DNA from: Verrucomicrobiia bacterium
GTDB taxonomy: Bacteria; Patescibacteriota; Saccharimonadia; Saccharimonadales; Saccharimonadaceae
Direction of reading: 5' to 3'
NCBI GenBank assembly: GCA_035629335.1
Contig: DASPIB010000001.1
Coordinates: 674,473 to 738,472, forward strand
Length of the DNA stretch: 64,000 nt
The first letter of the stretch is position 1; every line of letters begins with the position of its first letter. The notes under the pieces are model-generated. The model saw only the letters and a list, made by a program, of their open reading frames with translations. It searched no databases and had not been told where the DNA came from. Positions 36,516 to 47,734 of the stretch are shown piece by piece. Both the position numbers and the translations under genes were made by a program.

Positions 36516-36854
36516 TTAGGTGCGCGGATCAATCTTTGTGACGGTGACGCCCGGAATATCTTCAAGATCACGCTGAGTGTCTTTATGCTCGTCATTCGGC
36601 AAAACCAAGGTCACTCTGGCGGACCAGTTTGGGTTAGGACCCATGTATTTAATGATGCGTCCAAGAGAATCCCGGCACCCAGGTTTGCGTAGCTCCGCTT
36701 GAGCCCGAGGGTTTTTCGGTACTGGACAGCCGAGCACCTCACAAACCTTTTCTAACGCTTCCTTACTCCAACCGGTAATATAATAGTCATTTTCAAAGGT
36801 CTCCTTCACCTTGAAACACTCACTTTCGCGATTTGCCCCTAGCGTTACGAACAT
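36516..36854 (-). CDS. hypothetical protein
   Basis: 112-aa ORF; gcTACACT box 5 nt upstream of ATG. Confidence 0.55.
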   Translation of the reverse strand: MFVTLGANRESECFKVKETFENDYYITGWSKEALEKVCEVLGCPVPKNPRAQAELRKPGCRDSLGRIIKYMGPNPNWSARVTLVLPNDEHKDTQRDLEDIPGVTVTKIDPRT

Positions 36855-36859
36855 CTAAA

Positions 36860-36865
36860 AGTGTA
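36860..36865 (-). promoter_or_regulatory. -10 box TACACT (cGCTACACT), leaderless-type
   Basis: Ends 5 nt before ATG 36854. Confidence 0.45.
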
Positions 36866-36894
36866 GCGTACTGCAACAAGGTAATGCAAGTCAT

Positions 36895-36931
36895 AAAAAA
36901 GCCCTACCGCACCTTAAAAGGTACGATAGGG
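36895..36931 (-). terminator. rho-independent terminator (minus strand)
   Basis: On the minus-strand RNA, a 12-bp stem with two G-U pairs followed by CTTTTTTATG. Confidence 0.6.
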
Positions 36932-36966
36932 AAGTGCTTTAGCGCGAACAGCTAAATTACTTTAGC

Positions 36967-37254
36967 TCAGGCAGGCGCGTTATCTCGCGAGATGCTTACG
37001 CCCTTGACGGCCGCGACCTTGGACCTAAGCTGAGTGGCATCACCCTGAGGCATCCAAGAGATCTCCCAGCCTCCATCTGGGCCGCCGTACTTCCAGAAAT
37101 TGGCGTTTGGCACGTCGACGCCGACCTCCCCAGCCTCAACAGCACGACTCGGAAGCGTCACATTTTGAGCACCGAGTAGCGCGAGAACTGCCCGCAGGGA
37201 AGCATCGCCAGTACCGCTGATGGCATAGTCGTGAACGGACTTGGCACCCATCAT
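36967..37254 (-). CDS. hypothetical protein
   Basis: 95 aa from MMGAKSVHDY...; AGAGGAGG SD immediately upstream (start 37254 or 37251). Confidence 0.5.
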   Translation of the reverse strand: MMGAKSVHDYAISGTGDASLRAVLALLGAQNVTLPSRAVEAGEVGVDVPNANFWKYGGPDGGWEISWMPQGDATQLRSKVAAVKGVSISRDNAPA

Positions 37255-37334
37255 TCCTCCTCTAGAATCGGAAAAACCTTTTCGAGTATACAGAAAAGAG
37301 GCCGCTAAAGCAATCATTGTTCGACAGGACTTGC

Positions 37335-38309
37335 CTAGGCGGCGGTTCGCACGTATACCGGGAGGTCACCAGCCGTCAGTGTCGCGGCTGTTGCTAGGGT
37401 GCGCACCAGGAAGTCGGCCTTAGCCGTGGCTCGGGCTTGCTGCAGAGCCTTTTTATATACTTCATTCGCGTAGTGCGCGACAGCTTCGGCATACAGGTCG
37501 CCTCGCCAAGCGTCCACTACAAACACTTGAATTGGCGTGGTAATGCCTTTGTTTTTTAGGGCTGCATCGAATTTCATTGCGTCAAAGGTGGTGCGTGGCA
37601 CCATATTCACCACGACAAATACTTCAAGGTGTGGACCACCGAGCCGCTTAATGACCGCGCCTTGGCGGAGCATCAACTGAAGCGTCTTGGCACCCTCGCT
37701 ATCGGTGAAGTAACTCTTTTGGGTATTCAGCTGATGATAAAGACCAAACACGGCATTGAGCGTCGGCTGCATCGCACCGATGGCTGGCTTTCCAAGCAAT
37801 GTCTCAAGGCTACCAAGAATATTTGGCTGCAAGCGAACAATATTTTCGGTAATTAGAGCGTATTTATCGATGGCGCCACAGCCACATACCGTACCATGAG
37901 CATGGTCGTCGTCGTGGCCGCCAAACTGGATAGTGCGGTTTTTAAGCATTTCCGCAACCAACCGCCTGTCGGCCAGTACTCCATCTGGATGCGCTTGGCC
38001 CATTACCGCGCGGAACATGCTGGTTGCTGCCGTGAGCCCACCGCCAAAAATCTTCGCCCGCAAACGATACTCTGCATCTGTGGTGTTACCCTTGGTTGCA
38101 TCCCGACGATACGTCTTAATCGTTAGCCGGCCGTCACCGCAACCATCGTCATCGGCCTCTACTGGTGCGAAAAAGGCCTCGCTACGCAGTAGTTCATCGG
38201 CAATCGTAAGGTCATCGGGGCTCAACTGGCGGGCTGTTAGCCGATCAATCCGGCTAATCGAGCCGAGACCATAACCAAAACCATCGGGAAGCAGTAGCTG
38301 GGTAGACAT
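37335..38309 (-). CDS. hypothetical protein with clustered Cys/His/Asp motifs (possible metal site)
   Basis: 324 aa; DDDGCGDGR and FGGHDDDHAHGTVCGCGAIDK; co-oriented with the 36967 gene 17 nt downstream. Confidence 0.65.
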   Translation of the reverse strand: MSTQLLLPDGFGYGLGSISRIDRLTARQLSPDDLTIADELLRSEAFFAPVEADDDGCGDGRLTIKTYRRDATKGNTTDAEYRLRAKIFGGGLTAATSMFRAVMGQAHPDGVLADRRLVAEMLKNRTIQFGGHDDDHAHGTVCGCGAIDKYALITENIVRLQPNILGSLETLLGKPAIGAMQPTLNAVFGLYHQLNTQKSYFTDSEGAKTLQLMLRQGAVIKRLGGPHLEVFVVVNMVPRTTFDAMKFDAALKNKGITTPIQVFVVDAWRGDLYAEAVAHYANEVYKKALQQARATAKADFLVRTLATAATLTAGDLPVYVRTAA

Positions 38310-38430
38310 GTAAGGAGGACGCCTTTCGCTTAGATGAAGTAACCTTGCTATTTATACGCCTACTGCAAGAAAATGTAAAGAATGGCCGCTGCATAGTAAC
38401 GACTAATCTGATGATGACTTGCCAAATAAC

Positions 38431-38462
38431 AAAAAATACGCACTTTTTCGGTGCGTACTTTT
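38431..38462 (-). terminator. rho-independent terminator of the atp operon (bidirectional shape)
   Basis: Stem tacgcac/gtgcgta flanked by an A-run and a T-run, 17 nt after the atpC stop. Confidence 0.65.
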
Positions 38463-38478
38463 GACTTATAACTGACCG

Positions 38479-38901
38479 TTAGAGTTTTTTGCGGCGTCGG
38501 AGTTCGGCCACCTTCAAGCGCACCGCGTGGCGATCGACCAACTGATGAGCTTGCTCTAGCTCAACTTGATCTTTGGCGGTTTCGCGCAGCTGCATGGCTC
38601 GTTCAAGCGCGGCTTTGCTTTCAGCTTCGATGATATCATCACCGTGATCGGCTTCGTCAACCAGCACCCGCACGCGCCGAGGGCTGACCTCGATGATGCC
38701 ACCACTGGTTGCAAAATACTCCAGAAGTTCATCGGGGTCTTCTTTTTTGTACCGCACCGCGATTACACCCGGCACGGCCAAGCTAACAAGCGGTTCATGG
38801 CCAGGAAAGACTGAAATCTCACCATTTGCGGTGGGCAGTATCACTTCGTAAACTGCTCGATCGACTTTTTTACCGAGAAGGGTGATTAATTCAAGCTGCA
38901 T
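38479..38901 (-). CDS. atpC: F1 ATP synthase subunit epsilon
   Basis: 140 aa; ITLLGKK...ILPTANGEISVFPGHEPL pattern; last gene of the atp operon. Confidence 0.9.
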   Translation of the reverse strand: MQLELITLLGKKVDRAVYEVILPTANGEISVFPGHEPLVSLAVPGVIAVRYKKEDPDELLEYFATSGGIIEVSPRRVRVLVDEADHGDDIIEAESKAALERAMQLRETAKDQVELEQAHQLVDRHAVRLKVAELRRRKKL

Positions 38902-38912
38902 ACGGCTCTCGC

Positions 38913-40304
<1,392 letters not shown>

Positions 40305-40323
40305 TTATTCTCTCCTAAAATTC

Positions 40324-41190
40324 TCATGAAACCGCCTCGGCGCCGCTACTAATTTCGGCAATCTCTTGGGTGATACTGGCCTGACGAACTTTGTTCATCG
40401 CTAAAGTTAAATCGTCAACCAGTTCATTGGCGTTGTCGGTGGCATTTTTCATGGCCAACATACGCATGCTGTGTTCGCTGGCAGTGGCATCAAGCAGTGC
40501 CTGGAAAATTTGCGCCTCGACAAGCCGACGCGTCGCGCCTTCAAGCACCTCACGAGCCGATGGCTCAAACCGCGCCTGGGCTACTTCTACGCTAACCGGT
40601 ACTTCCATAAAACCCGCCGGCAGCAAGCGCTTGCTGGTGACTTCTTGGGTGATGCTATTAATATATTCGGTATAAATAACATCGACAGCATCAACCTGGC
40701 CACTAGTAAATTTATCCAAGATGGTGGCCATGATCGCCCGGACTTCGGCACCATTTGGCTGATCGGGCAGGCCTTCGTAGGCTCCGACAATCTCGGTATC
40801 TTTTAGGCGCGTGACAAACTGTGCCCCTTTGCGGCCAATTGCCAGCGTTTCATTACGAATACCAGCCGCGTCGTCGGCTTTTAAAAGCTGGACGTAGCGC
40901 TTGAAAACATTGGCGTTGTAGGCGCCGGCTAGGCCCTTATCGCTGGTTACCACCACAATCAGCCGAGTCTTGATTTCCCGCTGGGTGAAGAGCGGGTGAT
41001 CATCGGTGACATCACGGGCAGCTAGGTGAGTGAGCAGCTCAAAAGCCGAACGAGCATACAAGCTGGTGGCCTGGGCAGCATCCTGAGCGCGGCGCATTTT
41101 ACTAGCAGCCACTAGCTCCATCGCCTTTGTGATTTGGCGAGTGTTCTTGACCGAACGAATGCGCGTTTTTAGTTGTCGGATTGAGGCCAT
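40324..41190 (-). CDS. atpG: F1 ATP synthase subunit gamma
   Basis: MASIRQLKTRIRSVKNTRQITKAMELVAASKMRRAQ and C-terminal ITQEIAEI. Confidence 0.95.
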   Translation of the reverse strand: MASIRQLKTRIRSVKNTRQITKAMELVAASKMRRAQDAAQATSLYARSAFELLTHLAARDVTDDHPLFTQREIKTRLIVVVTSDKGLAGAYNANVFKRYVQLLKADDAAGIRNETLAIGRKGAQFVTRLKDTEIVGAYEGLPDQPNGAEVRAIMATILDKFTSGQVDAVDVIYTEYINSITQEVTSKRLLPAGFMEVPVSVEVAQARFEPSAREVLEGATRRLVEAQIFQALLDATASEHSMRMLAMKNATDNANELVDDLTLAMNKVRQASITQEIAEISSGAEAVS

Positions 41191-41193
41191 TGG

Positions 41194-42726
41194 TTAGTCC
41201 TTCAGGAAGCCTTTTGCCACCTTAGTCGCAACTTTTTTAATCGCCGCAAGCTGATTGTCGGTTGGCTTGTCGCCCTTATTAAGCTCGCGCATGGCTTCTT
41301 TGTGGTTGGTCCACAGCTGAGTGAGCAGGGCAGCCTGGGCGTCTTTAATGCGCTTTACCGGCACGTCATCAAAGGTGCCGTCGGTGATAGCCACGATGCT
41401 CGCTACTTGCTCCCAAATACTCATCGGTTGGTACTGGGGCTGCTTAAGCAGTTCTGTCAGCCGTTGACCACGCTCAATTTGGTGCTTAGTGGCTTCATCG
41501 AGGTCTGAGCCAAATTGCGCAAAGCTAGCTAATTCGCGGAACTGGGCCAGGCTGAGCTTTAGGCTGCCGCTGACGCTTTTGACAGCCTTGGTTTGAGCGG
41601 CACCACCAACACGACTCACCGAAAGACCCATCGAAACCGCTGGGCGGATACCCTGGTAAAACAGGTCGGTTTCCAGGAAGATCTGACCGTCGGTAATAGA
41701 GATGACGTTGGTCGGAACGTAGGCAGAAATATCGCCGGCTTGGGTCTCAATGATTGGTAAAGCCGTCAGCGAACCAGCACCAAGTTCGTCGTTAAGCTTA
41801 GCTGAACGCTCCAGCAGGCGGGAGTGCAGGTAAAATACGTCGCCAGGAAAGGCTTCGCGGCCTGGTGGGCGGCGTAGAAGTAGTGACATTTGGCGGTAAG
41901 CGATAGCGTGCTTGGTAAGATCATCGTAGATAATCAGGGCGTGGGCTTTATTATCACGGAAGTATTCGCCCATCGCGGTACCAGCATATGGTGCCAAATA
42001 GAGGAGAGAGGCTGGATCAGCTGGGCCAGTGGCAACGACAATTGTATTGTCCATCACGCCTTCTTCTTTGAGGCGTTCAACAATCCGGGAAATCTTAGAA
42101 AGTTTTTGGCCAATCGCCACATAAACATTCACCACACCAGTTTTTTGGCGAGCTTGGTTAATCATGGTGTCGATGGCGATGGCGGTTTTACCAGTTTGGC
42201 GATCGCCAATAATCAATTCGCGCTGTCCACGGCCAATCGGCACGATCGCGTCGATGCCCATAATACCGGTCATCATTGGTTCGTGAACGGTCTTGCGGGC
42301 CATAACGCCTGGTGCTGACTTTTCTACCAGCCCACGGTTCTTGGTGACGATTGGGCCTTTGCCATCAAGCGGGCGCCCAAGCGGGTCAACAACCCGTCCG
42401 AGTAGTTCTGGACCAACGGGAACGTCGAGCACCTTACCGCTACGGCGAACTTGAGCCCCGGCACGTACTAAGCTATCCGAGCCAATCAGCACCGCCCCAA
42501 TTTCATCTTCCATTAAGTTCAGCACGAAGGCCTCAACCGTGCTGCCATCAGTCGTTTCGATACTGACCACCTCGTTAAAGCCGGCCTTTGTGAGGCCATA
42601 AATCCAGACAACACCATCACCAACACGGGTCACGATGCCGGTTTCTTCAAGCCCCTTGCTGCTACGTAAGCCCTCAATGGCATCGCGCAGTTCGCGGGTT
42701 AGTTCTTTGATTGCTATCTCTGCCAC
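41194..42726 (-). CDS. atpA: F1 ATP synthase subunit alpha
   Basis: Walker [38 protein letters not shown]. Confidence 0.97.
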   Translation of the reverse strand: MAEIAIKELTRELRDAIEGLRSSKGLEETGIVTRVGDGVVWIYGLTKAGFNEVVSIETTDGSTVEAFVLNLMEDEIGAVLIGSDSLVRAGAQVRRSGKVLDVPVGPELLGRVVDPLGRPLDGKGPIVTKNRGLVEKSAPGVMARKTVHEPMMTGIMGIDAIVPIGRGQRELIIGDRQTGKTAIAIDTMINQARQKTGVVNVYVAIGQKLSKISRIVERLKEEGVMDNTIVVATGPADPASLLYLAPYAGTAMGEYFRDNKAHALIIYDDLTKHAIAYRQMSLLLRRPPGREAFPGDVFYLHSRLLERSAKLNDELGAGSLTALPIIETQAGDISAYVPTNVISITDGQIFLETDLFYQGIRPAVSMGLSVSRVGGAAQTKAVKSVSGSLKLSLAQFRELASFAQFGSDLDEATKHQIERGQRLTELLKQPQYQPMSIWEQVASIVAITDGTFDDVPVKRIKDAQAALLTQLWTNHKEAMRELNKGDKPTDNQLAAIKKVATKVAKGFLKD

Positions 42727-42730
42727 CGTT

Positions 42731-43135
42731 TTACTCCTTGTCTTTTGTTAGTGTGGTAAGTTGTTGCAGTTGTTTTCGGATGGAACCGTCAAAAAAGCCA
42801 TCGGTCGTTTGAATCGTCACGCCGCCAATCAGATCGGTATCAATTTGCTCTTCCAGCAGCACGGTTTTACTGCCAGTTTGCTGCTGCACAAAGGCAGTGA
42901 CTTTTTGGCGTAACGCATCGGTGAGCGGAAATGCAGAGGTCACCGTCGCGCTTGTCGTGTGGTAACGCCTTGCCAATTCAGCTTGGATATCGGTTAGTAA
43001 TAGTTCCCACTGCGAAAGTCGCTTTTGGCTGACAACATAGGCGGCGAGCTGCTGTGAAAGCTTGTTGGTATCGGCGCCAGCAGCCAGTTGTGCTGCTGCG
43101 TAAGCCGCTACCCGGCGACGAGAAAGGCTCTGCAT
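42731..43135 (-). CDS. atpH: F1 ATP synthase subunit delta (short, 134 aa)
   Basis: Position between atpF and atpA; C-terminal [26 protein letters not shown] matches the OSCP pattern. Confidence 0.75.
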   Translation of the reverse strand: MQSLSRRRVAAYAAAQLAAGADTNKLSQQLAAYVVSQKRLSQWELLLTDIQAELARRYHTTSATVTSAFPLTDALRQKVTAFVQQQTGSKTVLLEEQIDTDLIGGVTIQTTDGFFDGSIRKQLQQLTTLTKDKE

Positions 43136-43138
43136 GCG

Positions 43139-43687
43139 TTACTGCGCCTCCTTTAGCGAAGCTTCCACCAACCGAGCATCGCTGGCAGCATCAAGTTTCT
43201 GGCGCAAAACTTTTTCAGTGACTTTTACTACCAGTTCGGTGGTTTCAGCTCGAAGCGCTTGTTTCGCTTTTTCGACGTCGCGAGCGATTTCTGCTTGAGC
43301 ATCAGCTACAATTCTTTCAGCTCGCTTTTGGGCTTTTTCATCGGCCTCGGCCACAATTGTTGCGGCTTCTTTTTGAGCCGTTTCGACAATGCTATCTGCC
43401 TCTTTACGCGCTTCGGTGAGTAGCTTTTTTACTTCGGCCTGGGTTGCCGATGCCTTGGCTTCGGCTTCCTGGGCGGCGGCGGCGCTTTCAGCAATCGCTT
43501 TTTCCCGCTTTTCAATGGCATTTACCAGCTGCGGGTACACAAACTTACCTAAAAACCACAGCAACACGAGAAAGGCGATTGTTTGCAGAGCAAGCAAACG
43601 CCAATCGATACCGAGCGCGCTAAACAGCGAAGGCTCGGCTTCAACCTGGGTCGCGCCGGCGGCAAATAAGTGTGCTATATACTCCAT
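43139..43687 (-). CDS. atpF: Fo ATP synthase subunit b
   Basis: One N-terminal TM segment followed by a long A/E/K-rich helix; operon position. Confidence 0.8.
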   Translation of the reverse strand: MEYIAHLFAAGATQVEAEPSLFSALGIDWRLLALQTIAFLVLLWFLGKFVYPQLVNAIEKREKAIAESAAAAQEAEAKASATQAEVKKLLTEARKEADSIVETAQKEAATIVAEADEKAQKRAERIVADAQAEIARDVEKAKQALRAETTELVVKVTEKVLRQKLDAASDARLVEASLKEAQ

Positions 43688-43697
43688 ATAGCAAATC

Positions 43698-43910
43698 CTA
43701 GATTACGCCAGCAATAATAGCCACGATGATGGCGATGATCGCCAGGGCGTCAACAAATGAAATGCCCAAGATCATCAAAGTACGGATGTCTGCAACGCGC
43801 TCAGGGTTACGGCCAGCGGCAGTAACAGCTGCAGCAGCAACGATACCGGCACCTATGGCGGCAAAGGCTGCTGGGATTGCGTAGGTTAGTCCGAAAGCGA
43901 GTTCTTGCAT
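43698..43910 (-). CDS. atpE: Fo ATP synthase subunit c
   Basis: 70-aa hairpin proteolipid; GRNPE loop; carboxylate in LGISFVDALAI. Confidence 0.9.
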   Translation of the reverse strand: MQELAFGLTYAIPAAFAAIGAGIVAAAAVTAAGRNPERVADIRTLMILGISFVDALAIIAIIVAIIAGVI

Positions 43911-43939
43911 AATTATTGTATCTCCTTTATTTATTGTAA

Positions 43940-44782
43940 CTACTTCGTATCATCTCCGGCAACAACCGCACGTTTAGGTAGGGGAGTGGGAGAATGATCT
44001 TTGGAATGATTGTCGTGTCCATGCGACGCAATGCCGAGCGAAATAAACACGACAGTCAACATGAAGAAAATGTAGGCCTGAACACCGCCGATAAACAGCT
44101 CGAATATCATGAATGGCGGCAAGGCAATGGGGGTAAACCAGACGGTCAGGAAGGCGATCATGGCCAGCAGTACTTCGCCGGCAAACACGTTACCAAACAA
44201 CCGCAGGCTTAAGCCTACTAGGCGTGAGAATTCGGCGATAAGTTCGAGTATCCCTTCAAACGCACCGGCTGGATCCTTAAATGGGTTACGGAAGTAACGC
44301 CCGAGGTTTCCACCAAAACCGTGCACCTTAATGGCATAGATTTGCGCGGTAACAATGGTGACGATTGCGAGCGCAAAAGTAGTATTAAGATCGGCCGCCA
44401 GCCCACGGAACAGCGGCACGCCATCAATGGTAATGGGCCCAATAACCGGGAAGATGCCGAGCCAGTACTGGATAACAATGAAAAAGAAAAGCGTAATTGG
44501 TAAAGGCGCCAGCCGCTTTGCGATTTTTTTATCGCCAATCACTTGCTCAACGGTGCTATACAGCATTTCAAATACCCACTGAATCGCGCTGACCAAGAAG
44601 TTTTTACGACCCTTTTTTATCGAAGACACGACATACCAGAACAACCAAATTAAAAAGCCATAGCCAAAAATACCTAAAATCAGTGAATTGGTAACAGGAA
44701 AATCGCCAATCCGAAATACTTCTTCGGCAACAAGGCTGACGTGCGGTGAATTTTCACTGGCAAAATATATTGCTGGGTTCAT
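43940..44782 (-). CDS. atpB: Fo ATP synthase subunit a
   Basis: Multi-TM; LSLRLFGNVFAGE contains the conserved Arg. Confidence 0.9.
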   Translation of the reverse strand: MNPAIYFASENSPHVSLVAEEVFRIGDFPVTNSLILGIFGYGFLIWLFWYVVSSIKKGRKNFLVSAIQWVFEMLYSTVEQVIGDKKIAKRLAPLPITLFFFIVIQYWLGIFPVIGPITIDGVPLFRGLAADLNTTFALAIVTIVTAQIYAIKVHGFGGNLGRYFRNPFKDPAGAFEGILELIAEFSRLVGLSLRLFGNVFAGEVLLAMIAFLTVWFTPIALPPFMIFELFIGGVQAYIFFMLTVVFISLGIASHGHDNHSKDHSPTPLPKRAVVAGDDTK

Positions 44783-45042
44783 GTTTTTTCTTTATTTATT
44801 GCTTTTATTTGGGCATAAATCAGTAAGGCTGCCACTACAACCCCGATCAGCACCCCAACAATTGTCAGTGCGGGTTTTGTATTCGTTTGATGGTCGATCC
44901 ATAAACCGATAAGCAAACCAGCAATTACCGGGATAAATAGTCGCAGCGTTGTATCAACTAACGTGCCGATCAGCAAAATGACCGTCGTCTTCGACGGCAC
45001 AGGCGCAGGGTCGCGGTCTTTGGGTTGCTGCGTCGTAGCCAT
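44779..45042 (-). CDS. AtpI/AtpZ-like small membrane protein
   Basis: Two TM segments; first gene of the atp operon; 4-nt overlap with atpB; ATG 45042 preferred because TGtTACAAT (45053-45061) overlaps the upstream ATG 45054. Confidence 0.55.
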   Translation of the reverse strand: MATTQQPKDRDPAPVPSKTTVILLIGTLVDTTLRLFIPVIAGLLIGLWIDHQTNTKPALTIVGVLIGVVVAALLIYAQIKAINKEKT

Positions 45043-45052
45043 ATACGAGGCC

Positions 45053-45061
45053 ATTGTAACA
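45053..45061 (-). promoter_or_regulatory. extended -10 box TGtTACAAT of the atp operon
   Basis: Ends 10 nt before ATG 45042. Confidence 0.45.
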
Positions 45062-45176
45062 GATATTGACTCGAAAACAAGAGGTGAAACGGTGCGAGTG
45101 CACTAAAATCAGACTTATCGCACACTTTAGGGCCCAACTAGTCATAAACCCGCTAACTTGTGGTTAACTGGAAGTA

Positions 45177-45371
45177 ATGCCTCGTCGAAATAATCCTACT
45201 AAACATCAACGGTTTACTCCTACGAACTGCCAGAATAAAACTCGCTACGACTCTAAGCAGCAAGCTGAAAAAGTCGCCCAAGAATTGCTGTTACAAAACA
45301 ATACTACCTTAAGGGTCTATCGCTGCCCTTACTGCGGCGGCTGGCATTTAACAACAGATCAATCTGATTGA
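45177..45371 (+). CDS. small zinc-ribbon protein (hypothetical)
   Basis: 64 aa; C18 plus CPYCGGWH; GGAAG SD. Confidence 0.5.
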   Translation: MPRRNNPTKHQRFTPTNCQNKTRYDSKQQAEKVAQELLLQNNTTLRVYRCPYCGGWHLTTDQSD

Positions 45372-45418
45372 TATATTTTTTCACAATGATATACTTAATA
45401 TAGTAAGAGGACAAGCAC

Positions 45419-45712
45419 ATGAACGACGCACCCAAAACCACCAATAAACCGCAAATCATAATTTATAGCACCAGTTGGTGTGGTTTTTGCCGAAGCGAAC
45501 GCCAATACTTAACCGAAAAGAATATTCCCTTTGTGTCTAAAGATATCGAACAAGACCCGGAAGCCTACCATGAATTAATGCACAAAACTGGCGGCCAATA
45601 CGTTGGCGTACCGATGACCGATATTGGTGGCGATATGATTTTAGGTTTCGACCGCGCGGCGATTAACCAGGCCATCGAGAGGCACGGGATTCAGCCGCTT
45701 GCTGCCGCCTAA
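45419..45712 (+). CDS. glutaredoxin / NrdH-like redoxin
   Basis: IIIYSTSWCGFC active site CxxC, thioredoxin-fold size; AAGAGGA SD. Confidence 0.8.
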   Translation: MNDAPKTTNKPQIIIYSTSWCGFCRSERQYLTEKNIPFVSKDIEQDPEAYHELMHKTGGQYVGVPMTDIGGDMILGFDRAAINQAIERHGIQPLAAA

Positions 45713-45733
45713 GCTCCACCTTCACCCTGAATA

Positions 45734-45770
45734 AACCGCCTCGTCCGCGACAGGCGGTTTTTTTGTTTTT
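45734..45770 (+). terminator. rho-independent terminator
   Basis: aaccgcct/aggcggtt followed by TTTTTTGTTTTT. Confidence 0.75.
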
Positions 45771-45836
45771 ACTATTGTGGACCAGGTGAGCTATTCTTTA
45801 TTATGCATACGGACGCCCAAGCAGGAAGGCAGCATT

Positions 45837-46595
45837 ATGACAATGCCGCGAATGATCATAACTTTTCGCCATGGCTATTTTGAACTGAACCAGCGGTCAA
45901 AGCTTACAGGTGAAGAGGCACTTCAAGCAGTCGAAGCGGGTATTCCGCTTGATGCCGATACAACGATGGGACTTTTGGACGAAGGCAAAAAGCAAGCCCA
46001 TGCGCTCCGCGAAGTCCTACGGCACTACAAGATCAATGCTTGCCTGTATTCGCCCACTCGCCGCACCGAAGAGACGGCCAAGGTTGCGCTTGGTGGGCAG
46101 CGCCTAAGCCATTTTACCCCTGAACCGGCCCTTCTCGAGCGTAATCGCGGAATTTTCCGCTACGCGCCCGACGAGTGGGCGCGCGCCCACCCGGATTACA
46201 AGCGAGGCAAGGAATCTGCCTGGCGGTGGCGGCCGCCCGGTGGCGAATCTTGGTGGGATATCCGTCATCATGTGACAGTGGTACTGCAGCAGTGCCGCAC
46301 ACTTGCGCCAAACCGTATCATTGCTCTATCGACTCATGCCGAAAAAATGGGCCTGATCCGGGCAATACTCCTGGAGATGGACGACAAGCGCCTGTGGCAA
46401 CCCCTGGTGCCAAATCATAATGACATTCCGGCACTCAAACGATCGAACTGGATTGGGAATGGCCAGGCAGATTTCTTCGCTTTTTGCGACCCGGATGATC
46501 CCGCATCTCTGGTAACGGAACGGCCGCAATACTTCCGCAGTGTCGGCACAGCCAAACCAAATGCTTTCGACACTGGTTGGGTTGTAGTAGGATAA
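45837..46595 (+). CDS. histidine phosphatase (phosphoglycerate mutase-like) family protein
   Basis: MIITFRHGYFELN (RHG motif), SPTRRTEETA, later STHAE histidine; GGAAGG SD before ATG 45837. Confidence 0.7.
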   Translation: MTMPRMIITFRHGYFELNQRSKLTGEEALQAVEAGIPLDADTTMGLLDEGKKQAHALREVLRHYKINACLYSPTRRTEETAKVALGGQRLSHFTPEPALLERNRGIFRYAPDEWARAHPDYKRGKESAWRWRPPGGESWWDIRHHVTVVLQQCRTLAPNRIIALSTHAEKMGLIRAILLEMDDKRLWQPLVPNHNDIPALKRSNWIGNGQADFFAFCDPDDPASLVTERPQYFRSVGTAKPNAFDTGWVVVG

Positions 46596-46602
46596 GCGCT
46601 TT

Positions 46603-46637
46603 CCCTCGGCTTCAAGATAGCCACTTGAAGCCGAGGG
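46603..46637 (+). terminator. rho-independent terminator
   Basis: 14-bp stem ccctcggcttcaag/cttgaagccgaggg followed by TATATTTATTTG. Confidence 0.65.
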
Positions 46638-46653
46638 TATATTTATTTGACTA

Positions 46654-46711
46654 CAAAAATAAAGGCGCTTCCCGAAAAGAGAGATCAAGAGACCTCCTTT
46701 TCGGGAAGCGC
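46654..46711 (-). terminator. rho-independent terminator (minus strand)
   Basis: 15-bp stem gcgcttcccgaaaag/cttttcgggaagcgc; on the minus strand followed by CTTTATTTTTG. Confidence 0.65.
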
Positions 46712-46721
46712 ATCGAACACC

Positions 46722-46937
46722 CTACGGCCGTTCGGACTGCTTTGTCGGCATACGTCCGCTCAGCTGCTGCCAGGTAGCGCGCAGCAACTTTCGCTTCGCC
46801 ATCACCACCAGCACCGCGAGCGCCGCCAGCACGGGCAGAGAAGACTTCTTCAGTCCACGCCTTGGCGTCACCTGCCTCTGAGCAAAGGACAACGGCAACT
46901 TCACGCGCCGCAACTTATTCGGCTTACAATGCCGCAT
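46722..46937 (-). CDS. small basic single-TM protein (71 aa)
   Basis: ATG 46937 preceded by AAGGAGG (46944-46950) at 6 nt; LPVLAALAVLVVM hydrophobic core; terminator directly downstream. Confidence 0.5.
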   Translation of the reverse strand: MRHCKPNKLRRVKLPLSFAQRQVTPRRGLKKSSLPVLAALAVLVVMAKRKLLRATWQQLSGRMPTKQSERP

Positions 46938-47079
46938 GAAACTCCTCCTTGGTAGCACTGGTCGTTTTATTATAGCCATCTCTGGCTCGCTGGACAATAG
47001 CCAAAAAACAGGTAATGATAGTGAAAGACAATTGTTACCTGAAGTCAGTCTTTAGCTCGCTGGAAGAAGGGTAAAGACA

Positions 47080-47298
47080 GTGAAACGATTGTACTACATT
47101 AGCGGCGGAAGTGAAGCATCATTAGAAGAGTGTGGCAGGGTCCTTATTGAAGCGGGCTACGTGCTTGAGGGGACGCTCGGTTTTTACAGAAATGATGCGG
47201 AAACGGGTGAGTGGGAAATCACTGCCTACCTCACGCTTAAAGAGTATAAGGCAGTTGAAACTGCCCGCATTCTATCGGTCGCTATAACCCCGGTGTAG
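47080..47298 (+). CDS. hypothetical protein
   Basis: 72-aa ORF, GTG start, GAAGAAGGG upstream. Confidence 0.4.
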   Translation: MKRLYYISGGSEASLEECGRVLIEAGYVLEGTLGFYRNDAETGEWEITAYLTLKEYKAVETARILSVAITPV

Positions 47299-47424
47299 GA
47301 TCAAGTTTGATGCTTGTAGTGCTACCTTTGATAGCAACAAGATTACACTTCCCAAAAACAGCCCTACTTTTTGGTGGGGCTGATTAATTTATTCTCGAAA
47401 CCCGGGTTGATGGATCACCTCCCG

Positions 47425-47433
47425 TGCTATAAT
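47425..47433 (+). promoter_or_regulatory. extended -10 box TGcTATAAT
   Basis: 34 nt upstream of ATG 47468; GAAAGG SD in the leader. Confidence 0.5.
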
Positions 47434-47467
47434 TTTTTACTGTTGTTCCCGCTACGAAAGGTGCAGT

Positions 47468-47719
47468 ATGAGTGACTAGCAGCTTTACCACTTTTTCGGC
47501 AATGGCAAGCAGACTCTGGAGGCGGCTTACGAGTCGCTCGATCGAGAGCTGGACAAGCTCCCGGACAATCTCGACCAGTTCGACGCAGGTAGCCGTGCTG
47601 ACGGGCTTATCACCCCTCCGAGGCCTTCTAATGGATTCTGGGAGGCGGCGCTTCGACTCTCGGCGGAGCAAGCTAAGAAGCTCAGCGAGGTGAAGGGCGT
47701 CACTGTTCGTTGCGTCTGA
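47468..47719 (+). pseudogene. ORF with in-frame TAG at codon 4 (ATG-S-D-TAG, then 79 open codons)
   Basis: Promoter box, SD, ATG 47468, TAG 47477-47479, open frame QLYHFFGNGKQTLEAAYESLDRELDKL...VTVRCV to TGA 47719, then an 18-bp-stem terminator; competing antisense ORF 47384-47671 has a TTG start. Confidence 0.35.
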
Positions 47720-47734
47720 GCCGTAACGCTTGAC

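Noticed and set aside
37335-38309. Possible beta-carbonic anhydrase (CxDxR ... HxxCG)
   Set aside because: CGDGR fits CxDxR, but the second motif is HGTVCG, which is one residue too long. The protein is about 100 aa larger than beta-CAs, and no other CA motif is recognisable.
47477-47479. Stop-codon reassignment (TAG or TGA read as sense) as the explanation for the interrupted ORF
   Set aside because: All three stop codons terminate well-defined genes at family-typical lengths: TAG for smpB at 60671-60673 and for the helicase at 5947-5949, TGA for the GT4 gene at 59022-59024, and TAA for mpg, dus and cca.
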